From positions 3,410,001 to 3,474,000 of the forward strand of contig OX597828.1 of assembly GCA_951406725.2 (NCBI GenBank): DNA of 64,000 nt. The letters are read 5' to 3'. The notes beneath the pieces were generated by a model, which ran no database searches, had not been told where the DNA came from, and saw only the letters and a list, made by a program, of their open reading frames with translations. The DNA comes from Octopus vulgaris (taxonomy: Eukaryota). Made by a program: the position numbers and the translations under genes. Positions 52,735 through 64,000 of the stretch are shown here, piece by piece (the first letter of the stretch is position 1; each line of letters starts with the position of its first letter).

Positions 52735-53470
52735 TGTGAGTGTGTGTATTTGTCCCCAACATCACTTGACAACCGATGCTAGTGTGTTTCCGTCCCCGTA
52801 ACTTAGCGGTTAGGCAAAAGAGTGTGATAGAATAAGTACTACGCTTAGAAAGATTAAATCCTGTGGTCGATTTGCTAAAGGCAGTGCTCCAGCAAGGCCG
52901 CAGTCAAATGACTGAAACAACTAATAGAAAGAATATATATATATTTATATACGTCGATTTATATATATATATACATTTATATATGTGTATTGCCATGCTG
53001 GAGCACCGCTTTGAGTCGAACAGCGCGACTCCAAGACTTATTGTTTGTAAGCCTAGTACTTATTGTATCGGTTACTTTTGCCGAACCGCTAGATACGGGG
53101 ACGGAAACACACCTACATCTGTTGTCAAACGTTGGTAGGGGGTGGGTGGGGACAAACATAGACACACAAACATATACATATATATATATACGATGGGCTT
53201 CTTTCAGTTTCCGTCTACCAAATCCACTCAGAAGGCTTTGTTCGGCCCATCCACTTTTGCGCCTATTCTTTTATTCTTTTACTTATTTTAGTTATTTGAC
53301 TGCGGCCATGCTGGAGCAACGACTTAATTGTATAAATCGACCACAGGAACTTACTCTCTGTAAGCTTAGTAGTTATTCAATCGGTCTATTTGGCCGAACC
53401 CCTCAGATATAGGGAAGTAAACGCACCAACATCGGTTGTCAAGCGATATCGGGGGGACAAACGCACACAC
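52735..53470. mobile_element. Three SINE family A fragments (52735-52930 +, 52990-53250 -, 53270-53470 -)
   Basis: Homology to 57428-57850. Confidence 0.85.
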
Positions 53471-53481
53471 AGACACACACA

Positions 53482-53554
<73 letters not shown>

Positions 53555-53716
53555 CTTTGAAATGATGACAATTTTTAGAGGATAAATTATGATAAAATTC
53601 GATTCCTATTAATATTTTCATATATGATACTGTAGCACGGGATCTCTATTTCAAATTCTACTACACATACATGCGTTTCATAAAGAAATAAACATACATA
53701 TAAATAAATAAATAAA

Positions 53717-53778
<62 letters not shown>

Positions 53779-53806
53779 GCACATGTGTGTGAAATGTATA
53801 TGTATA

Positions 53807-53911
<105 letters not shown>

Positions 53912-53924
53912 GTATATATACATC

Positions 53925-53962
<38 letters not shown>

Positions 53963-54018
53963 TATATACATTAACGCAAACAGATATATGTACATATATT
54001 TATATAATCATATATACG

Positions 54019-54070
<52 letters not shown>

Positions 54071-54300
54071 GCGGCGAGCTGGCAGAAACATTAGCACGCC
54101 GGGCGAAATGCGTAGCCGTATTTTGTCTGCCGTTATGTTCTGAGTTCAAATTCCGCCGTCGTCGACTTTACATTTCATCCTTTCGGGGTCGATAAATTAA
54201 GTACCAGTTACGCACTGGGGTCGATGTAATCGACTTAATCCGTTTGTCTGTCCTTGTTTGTTCCCTCTGTGTTTAGCCCATTGTGGGCAGTAAAGAAATA
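54071..54300 (+). mobile_element. SINE family B, near full length
   Basis: Matches 1721-1950 closely. Confidence 0.92.
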
Positions 54301-55197
54301 TATATATATGTGTGTGTACAGTTACATGCCATATGTGTATGTATTGCAACACGCACATATGTGTCTACTCCTAAGTTCATATATCTGTGCGTGTGTGTAT
54401 GTGCATTTACATTTGGTTTCATACATACATGTGTGCGCGCGCGTGAGTAAAAGTTATTGAAGTTTGCATTCTGATAAGGATAAAAATGTTGCGTGTTAGT
54501 TGCTGCAAGTGAAGCTATCCGTATCCAACCAGGAACCCATCTACATACGATTGAACTTCTGAGCAAATCCCTTGACAGCGTTCGCATCAAAGATGTGAAG
54601 AAGGTTGCAACTACCTAAGGTAAATGTCAATCCCTCTATTATTTCAAAATAAATTACTAAAATACAAGTTAATAATGTTTCTTTTATGAAGCTTTTCAAA
54701 AAATTATTTTTCGATACTTCGTTATCGATCAATGTATGAAACGAACTCAAATACATCGATTTTCAACTTTCATCAGCACTTATGTTTGATTGTTGCTGTT
54801 GTTCCTTTTATCTGGGAAATCAAGTTGCTTAAAAGTATGATATTTAACGAACCTATGCGCCTTAATACGAGCGTGTGTGTATGTGTGTATATGTGTTTGT
54901 GTATGTGTGTGTGTGTGTGTGCATTGTTCACGTTTATGACAAAAATAAATGAGAAAGACGTTTTGTCTTTCGCGTTTATTTTCGTTTTTTGAATGCTTAT
55001 ATATATATATATACAAATGCGCGTGTGTGTGTGTGTGTCCGGGCGTGTGTGCATACACGCACGTATAGTTATGTATGTGTGTGTGTATATATATATATAT
55101 ATATACCTATGTTTATATATGTGTTGATATATATATATACGTGTGTGTATTTAGCTGTAATAGTATTTCTATATGTTTACTAAAATATTAATGTCTT

Positions 55198-55270
<73 letters not shown>

Positions 55271-55771
55271 CACTTTGAAAATAGCAATGTGTAAAATGTG
55301 CACGTACAGACATACACGCTTACATTTGCAGACACAAATTAAGATATACATACACAGGCAAAATTACAAGAGAAATATTAAATTGCAGTCGTTCTTCCTG
55401 TGCGACGGTCTGCGAGCAGAGATAACTATGAGAAGTAGCAGCTTCATCATATGTGAGGTAAACGAACGTAGATAAACACACATAGGCATGCGTATAAAAC
55501 CTCATATACACATGAATATATATATATATAACGTTCGTCATCCTGTTTTCTATTCGTTATTAATTCCACCTACACATTTATATCTTCTCCAGCTCCTCTT
55601 CTTTGTTACTTTACTTCACTATATTTCTTCTTCAGCAACACATTTCCCGTCCATACATTTCTTTGTCCATCGGGCCATTCATCCATTCATTCGTCGACCT
55701 ATTTCAAACATTTACGCACCTACCTGACCGTTCACTACTCTACCATGTCTATCCACCCAGCTACAGTATCA

Positions 55772-55867
<96 letters not shown>

Positions 55868-56049
55868 ATATCTATCTGCCCGCCTGCCTGCCTGTCTATC
55901 TCCTTACATAGACTATACCCCTGACTCATTATCTCACCCGTTCTATTTTCCGTGCCAATAATTCTTATTACATCTCACACATGAAATCCACTCTCTGATC
56001 CATCTCACGCCATTTCATTCCTTCACTAAAACAACTTCATTCTTCACTG

Positions 56050-56101
<52 letters not shown>

Positions 56102-56660
56102 ACTCCTTAATTTATCTTTTTATTTTGATTATTTAACTCAATATTCGTACTGAGTCCATTTCCTTGTGAGTCTACACCTTAATAAATATATGGCTCTTTC
56201 AGCGTTAACTAGCAACGAAAATAGCAACAACACAAATTTGAACAACTGACAGAGTAGCATCGAAATATAAGCCTTGTAACCAGCTGAAACATTAAAACAT
56301 GCAGTTATAAAGATAACGGAGAAGGGCGAAAGAATGCCATATTCCTTTGCATTTTTCCTTCTTTCATAATCGAGTATTGATTAGATTATTGAGCGATCGT
56401 GTTGTTTGATGATAATAAACTTTCTTCCTATTCTGACTGCATAATCCATATTGAATCATTTCCGAAAGCATTAGTGCTAAACGCAATAATAAAGATTTCG
56501 CGTATATTGTTGGACTACATACAAGCAATTCTTCCTGTACTGATGTGTGAGAAAAGTGATTCTGTAGCGGAGGTTTATCTAGAAGTGCATATCTTGCTTA
56601 CACCTAATGCACCAGTTTAATATACAAAAGCAATCTATACTAGGTGAAATTTGGTACTTT

Positions 56661-56707
<47 letters not shown>

Positions 56708-56748
56708 CAATAATAAATCTCTAGACGAGATATAAACAGTAACTGCTC

Positions 56749-57405
<657 letters not shown>

Positions 57406-57427
57406 TATATATATATATATATATATA

Positions 57428-57848
57428 GGCGCAGGAGTGGCTGTGTGGTAAGTAGCTTGTTTACCAACCACATGGTTCCGGGTTCAGTCCCACTGCGTGG
57501 CACCTTGGGCAAGTGTCTTCTACTATAGCCTTGGGCCGACCAAAGCCTTGTGAGTGGATTTGGTAGGTAGACGGAAACTGAAAAGAAGCCCGTCGTATAT
57601 ATGTATATATGTATATATGCGTGTGTGTGTTTGTGTGTCTGTGTTTGTCCCCCTAGCATTGCTTGACAACCGATGCTGGTGTGTTTATGTTCCCGTTACT
57701 TCGCGGTTCGGCAAAAGAGACCGATAGAATAAGTACTGGGCTTACAAAAAAAAGAATAAGTCCCGAGGTCGAGTTGCTCGATTAAAGGCGGTGTTCTAGC
57801 ATGGCCGCAGTCAAATGACTGAAACAAGTAAAAGAGCAAAAGAGTAAA

Positions 57849-57850
<2 letters not shown>
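57428..57850 (+). mobile_element. SINE family A, full-length tRNA-derived copy in (TA)n
   Basis: A-box-like tggctgtgtgg, B-box-like ggttcagtccc, ccttgggcaagtgtctt core, tail aagtaaaagag. Confidence 0.9.
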
Positions 57851-57917
<67 letters not shown>

Positions 57918-58130
57918 TAGATAAATAAATAAATATATATATATAAATAAATAAATAAATATATATATATATATATATATAATGTGAAATAGAAAGATGA
58001 ATAATCTTGTTGCAGATTAATCAAAAGTTTAACCGATACCTTGGTAGCAAAAATCACAGCAGAAGACAGCACGGTCGGAGGTACAACCATATGGTGTTGC
58101 AACCGTGCGTTGGTGCGGATAATTGAATTT

Positions 58131-58635
58131 TAATATTATTAGTGAATTGAAGAAATGGAGTTGAACGAAGATTGAACAGAAATCGTTTTATTTCATTCTA
58201 CACGTGTTTCGAAAGGCACAATTTACCAAATTCCGATTGAATAATGAGACCATATTGTGTCTTTTCTTCAGGAAGAAATAGAAATCCGTTGGAAAAAACA
58301 AAAACAGAACAGAGGCGGAGCAAAACAAATCGAACGAGGCTCCTAAGAGCCCATGGCCAAACTGTTTATCAATGTATGTTGAAAACATACATTGATAAAC
58401 AGTTTGCCCATGGGCTCTTAGGAGCCTCGTTCGATTTGTTTTGCTCCGCCTCTGTTCTGTTTTTGTTTTTTCCAACGGATTTCCTATTTCTTCCTGAAGA
58501 GAAAGACACAATATGGTCTCATTATTCAATCGGAATTTGGTAAATTGTGCCTTTCGAAACACGTGTAGAATGAAATAAAACGATTTCTGTTCAATCTTCG
58601 TTCAACTCCATTTCTTCAATTCACTAATAATATTA
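58131..58635. mobile_element. 505-bp near-perfect palindrome carrying an HHR in each arm
   Basis: Arms 58131-58380 and 58384-58635, 3-nt loop gaa, about 3 differences by eye. Confidence 0.9.
58486..58576 (+). ncRNA. Intact type I minimal hammerhead ribozyme
   Basis: Stem I atttcttc/gaa(t)gaaat, CTGAAGA, stem II gaaag.cacaat/attgtg.ctttc, GAAA, palindromic acacgtgt stem III, GUA site, then AATAAA. Confidence 0.85.
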
Positions 58636-58650
58636 TATATATATATATAT

Positions 58651-58905
58651 ATGCTGTATGTAGGTCAGACGGGACGCCGGTTGTCCGACCGTTTCACTGA
58701 ACACTTGAGGGACGTTCGCCTACACTCTTTTTCTCCCGTCGCACGCCACTTCCGCTCGGCCGGCCATTCCCGAGATGACATCTCAGTGTTTGGTCTCGCC
58801 CCCCACAATGGTCGCCCACTTTCCAGGCTCCACTTGGAGCAACGCTACATCTTCACCCTACAAACTACCACCCCACACGGACTTAACACAGCCCCCTCCT
58901 CTTGA
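58651..58905 (+). pseudogene. 5'-truncated GIY-YIG endonuclease C-half of a Neptune-like PLE (open frame to its natural stop)
   Basis: LYVGQTGRRLSDRFTEH..PVARHF..RLHLEQRYIFTLQTTTPHGLN contains YxG, R, H, E and N motifs; the ATG sits at the (TA)n junction. Confidence 0.9.
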
Positions 58906-61900
58906 GATCGTTTTTTTTTTTTTTTTTTTTTTTTTTCGAACACACCACCCACACACACCCACCCACCTACCTCCCACACGCCTGTTCACACACACACATA
59001 CGTAGACCCATCTACGTACATACATTCACACATTTAATCACACACACTTACAGACACACATGCACATACACACACACATACATACATACACACACGCATA
59101 CATACTTACACACACACACACACAGACATACATACACACATACACACACACATACATACGCACATACATACACACACACTCACACACACACACCGCACGT
59201 ACATACTTCACACACACACACATGCACACATACATGTAGGCACATACATACATACATACCCACACATGCACACCCGTATACTGAATGCACACACACATAC
59301 ACCTTTTTGCATCCAGGCAGCCCCCCTCTTTTCTGCTTTCCGGTTTTGGCTGATGGATCCTCGGTTCCCGCGTAGCGGGGCGTTCGAGGGCCTTTGCGCT
59401 CGCGCGCCTTGGCGCGCGCTGGGGGCTCGGTCGGCCCCCTTGGGCTTGCGTTGTACTGCTTGTGCGTTGTGTGCGTGAGCGCGCTTCGTGTGTGTGGGCT
59501 TGCTTCGGATGTGCGCATGCGTATGTTTGCATACATACCCACACACTCGCATGCATCCCTACCCACATACATACACGCACACCTACTCACACACACACAT
59601 ACACACACACACATACCCGCACACACACACATACATACATACACACACATACCCACTTCAGACATACACACACACAGACATACACCCATACACTCACACT
59701 CACACGCATACACACACACATACACACGCACACGTACACATACACACACACACATACACACACACACATACATACATACACACACATACCCACTTCAGAC
59801 ATACACACACACAGACATACACCCATACACTCACACTCACACGCATACACACACACATACACACGCACACGTACACATACACACACACACACACCTACAT
59901 ACATACATTACACTTGTATACACACACACTTACATTCATACACACACACACCTACACAGCCATACCCTCACTCAGACACACACATCTACCTACACACACA
60001 CACAAACACACACTGACACACACCCATACATACATACATCTACACACTCACGCCTACACACATACATACACACATACATAAACACACACACATACACATA
60101 AACACACATACGCACACACGCATATACTTATACACATGCACACACACACACATACATACATACACCCATATACATACACACACACATACCTACATACTCC
60201 TATACGCACATACATACACACATACATACACACATACACACTCACACAAACATACACACACACATACTTACACACACACTCACCTGCACGCGCACACACA
60301 TGCATGACAAACACCCATACACTCACACTCACATACGCACACACCAACATAAACACGCACACGCACACACACACCTACACTCCCACACACATACACACGC
60401 ACCTACATACACACACGCACGCATACACACGCATACACACATACATTACACACGTACACACACACCTACATACACATGCATACACACACACACACAAACA
60501 TGCAGGGACACACCCAGACATACATACATACACCTATATACACACGCCCACACACCTACATACACACACATACACACACGCCTACACACCTACACACACA
60601 CATGCATACACACACACATGTACGCACATACACACACATATACGCACATACATATATACCCACACACATACATACGCACATGCATGCACGCATGCACACG
60701 CGCACACCTACACGCATACACACACACACACGCACGTACACATACATACACACACGCATACATACACCCATACACATACATGCATCCTACACACACATAC
60801 ATACACACTCACACATACATACACACACACGCACTCACTCACACACCTGTATGTTCGCGCACACACATGCACATACACACACTTCCCCACACCCACACGT
60901 ACATACATACACACTCATACACATACACACACACACACACACACGGACATACATCTATGCACACACATATATACACACATACTCACATACATTCATCGGA
61001 CACACTGCCACCCAGACATACACACAGACACACTCACACATCCACACACACACATACGTACGCGCACACTCGCAGGCGCGCGCACACACGCGCTTGCGCC
61101 GGTTCGCGCACGCATGCGCGCCGCATGCACCTCGCCCTTGAACCCGACGAGACCTCCCGCCCGTTCCTGGGATGTCGCTTGTCGTTGGGTTTTCCCACGC
61201 CCGTCTCCGCGGGACCACTCTTCCATCTTCCCCTCCGCTGGAGTCCTTTTCCTTAAACCCCCCTTTTTCGTTACACACACGCGCACACATATACACACAT
61301 TGCTTAAACATATACATTACTCTTACACACATTCAATCTACTCGCCATTAATACTACCACGACACTGGACACACACACACACTACTACTCAACACACGCT
61401 GGCACGCTACATACGCCCCCACCCCTTCCCCTCCCTCCCTTCCTCCTTCCTCCCTTTTCTTACTACTGACCTTTGTCTGCTATGCTGCTGCTATGCTGAC
61501 CACCGTCTCGCCCTACCTCACACGCCTACACACAGACGCACACACTAACACATACATATATTTTTTGTTTTTTTATCTCGCCTCACACACACACATACAC
61601 ACACGCACACGCACACACTCACACATACACACACATCTGTTGCGTTACCAACCTTGTCTCCACTCTTTTGCCTTTAAAAACCCACTTTGCTCTTGTTATC
61701 GTAAACATCCGCCTTTCACCATGTGTAACTCCTAACACCAGTCGTTTTTTTCTCTATCTCCGTTGCCCGCTCTGGGATCTTTCTTTCCTCTCTCTTCCTT
61801 CTTTATGTTTCCGACGAAGAGCTCCGCTCGAAACGTCATACCTCCCTGCTTCCATTTCCTGAGCGCCTATTAATAATAATACTGTAATTGTTCCATTGTT

Positions 61901-61927
61901 GTTGTTTTTTTGTTTCCCGTTTGGATT

Positions 61928-61932
<5 letters not shown>
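58651..61932 (+). mobile_element. Probable single 5'-truncated Neptune-like PLE with ~3-kb CA-rich 3' region and terminal HHR-like motif
   Basis: GIY-YIG, then CA-rich tract, then CCGACGA-a-gagc/gctc-GAAACGTC at 61811-61837. (TA)n at both ends; same order as 42415-43085. Confidence 0.65.
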
Positions 61933-61964
<32 letters not shown>

Positions 61965-62374
61965 CATATATATATATATGTATATATTTGTAATTACTCA
62001 TTCCCAACACCACCCACGCAATCACATCACTCATCCATTCGTTTATCGATGGATCGATCGATTCATCCATCCATCCATCCATCCATATGTCTACCCAACC
62101 ATTTATACGGGCAGTAAGATAGGTGAGAAATCAGCGTAAAGGCATCTGATGTTGGTGAACGACTAGTACTTACGTCTCTATTGTGGTTTGGAAAGTATTA
62201 AAAATCAAATCTCCTGTTCCTTCCAGTAGTTCAGTTTTTTAATTTATCAGCTGTATATATAAAAAGTCACTCATAAAAGCAAAGGAGTATTTGATTTTGA
62301 AAGGTGAGAAAATGAATTCAAATGGTAGGAATAAATTAAAACTTCAAGTAAAAAACAATAATTTTTCTGAGAGA

Positions 62375-62590
62375 AGGCGACGAGGTCGCAGAAACCTTAG
62401 TACGCCGGGCGAAATGCTTAGCGGTATTTCGCCTGTCTTCGTGTTCTGAGTTCAAACTCCACCGAGGTTGACTTTGCTTTTCGTCCTTCCGGGGTCGATA
62501 AATTAAGCGCCACTTACGTACTGGGGTCAATCTAATCGACTGGCCTCCTCCCCCAGAATTTCGGGCCTTGTGCCCAGAGTAGAAAAGAAT
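62375..62590 (+). mobile_element. SINE family B
   Basis: Family consensus motifs. Confidence 0.85.
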
Positions 62591-62689
62591 ATTTCTTTCT
62601 ATGAGAGAAAGGACAATTAAAACAGGGGAACTATATTGTACATAGAGTATTATATGATTACACAAAGATGATATATAATTTTACCATTT

Positions 62690-63125
62690 AACTTTTTCTT
62701 CTTTCAGTCATTGGACTGTAGCCATGCTGGGGCACTGCCTTGAAGGTTTTAGTCAAAGATAGACACTTGTTTGTTATTTTTAAGCTTGGTACTTATATTT
62801 ATATCTTTCGCTGAACCGTTATATTACAGGAATGTAAACAAAGCAACAGCAGCTGCCTAGTGTTGAGGAGGGGGAACAAACCACACATAAATATATATGT
62901 CTCAAAGCATATAGCTCAAAAACACACGCATAACTATACATGCATAAATATTTATATTTATATTATTTACCGCGGGTTTCCACACAATTTCCGTTTACCT
63001 CACAAGGCCCTGGTTGGCCGAGACTTTAGTGGAAGATACTAGCTCTAGGTGCAGCACTTTGTACTGAACTCGAGACCATATGGTTGCAAAACGAGCTCTT
63101 CAACAACGCAACTATGCCTGCAACT
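62690..63125 (-). mobile_element. SINE family A, old near-full-length copy
   Basis: Colinear with the reverse complement of 57428-57850. Confidence 0.7.
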
Positions 63126-63420
63126 AAACTCTACAAGCACCATATTCATTTTGGGAAGTCAACTTAGACTTGATCCATAGATCATAGCTTCAGAAATGAA
63201 ATTTGGTAATGTTTGAAAATAGTTTCCCGAATGCAATAGTGATGTAGTTTCCGAATGGAAAACGTTCTCTCCCCTTAGAAGTACGACATGTTACCGACAT
63301 ATGATCGTAAATATTTTCAAAAAGTTACGTATAGACGGACAAGGTGTATATCTATATAATAAATATGCATACATAGAATACATACATAGAAACTTTCAAA
63401 TAGAACACTTGCATACCTGC

Positions 63421-63489
<69 letters not shown>

Positions 63490-63525
63490 CTAGCTTAAGG
63501 TGACTCGCTCTACGCGCGGGTAAGA
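63490..63525 (-). mobile_element. Helitron 3' terminus (element extends rightwards, extent unknown)
   Basis: Minus strand: hairpin acccgc-gcgtaga-gcgagt, 9 nt, then CTAG followed by T. Confidence 0.65.
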
Positions 63526-64000
63526 GTGTGGTTGTTACTTTCTGTTGCTTCCTTTCTGTTTTTTATCACCACATTCTCCCTCTTTTTTTCTCTCTCACTT
63601 TCCCACTCTCTTACTCTTCCTTTCTCTCTGAGTCTCCCTCGCTTTCTCTTACTCTCTATCTTTCTCTATCTATATCTCTCCCATTTATAAACAACAAAAG
63701 ATCTTGAGTAAGTTGAGAAAGAAAATATTTTGAAAGATCAATCATAAATATCAGGCAGTGACAACGGAAAGGTCTGCTTCAAGGCAGACAGCAAAACACT
63801 AACATTTAAAAGGGACTGACGAACTTGCGAGCTGAATAAAAAAAAAAATATTGGAAACCAAAGTTTGAAGGGATAGAATCTGAGGATAGTAGAGTCATCA
63901 TTTCTTAACGACGGACACCAACGTAGTGGCAGTTTAATGGCTGGCGTAAAATTTTGAACTTGATGTAAAAGAAAATTCCTAAACACCAAGTTTTGAAGTG

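Noticed and set aside
58188-58562. Near-identical ORFs on both strands
   Set aside because: A consequence of the palindrome, not protein coding.
60136-61548. 470-aa His/Thr-rich ORF and overlapping ORFs in 59038-61332
   Set aside because: Open in several frames and on both strands because CA-rich sequence lacks stops; no domain signature.

Overview
AT-rich eukaryotic (animal) DNA with no supportable host protein-coding gene, so probably intergenic or a very large intron. The SINE and microsatellite content resembles octopus/cephalopod DNA (my recognition, not a database result). The window is a mosaic of microsatellites ((TA)n, (CA)n, (TATC)n, (GA)n, trinucleotides), two abundant tRNA-derived SINE families, decayed LINEs (R4/Dong-like RLE, RTE, CR1/L2-like), Tc1/mariner relics, MITEs, Helitron fragments and several Penelope-like element (PLE) GIY-YIG fragments. 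The most notable signal is a set of at least 7 families of small non-coding elements sitting in (TA)n tracts, each built as a fold-back or an inverted plus circularly permuted copy. Most carry type I minimal hammerhead ribozyme (HHR) motifs, which I folded by eye: canonical ones at 12389-12474 and 58486-58576, a G3:C8 compensatory-swap variant at 12836-12885, and a family-wide U6 variant. In two elements the inverted piece reads across the end-to-start junction of the unit, implying a circular or multimeric template (retrozyme/PLE-like). Almost all listed ORFs are microsatellite artefacts. Coordinates of old, decayed repeats are approximate.
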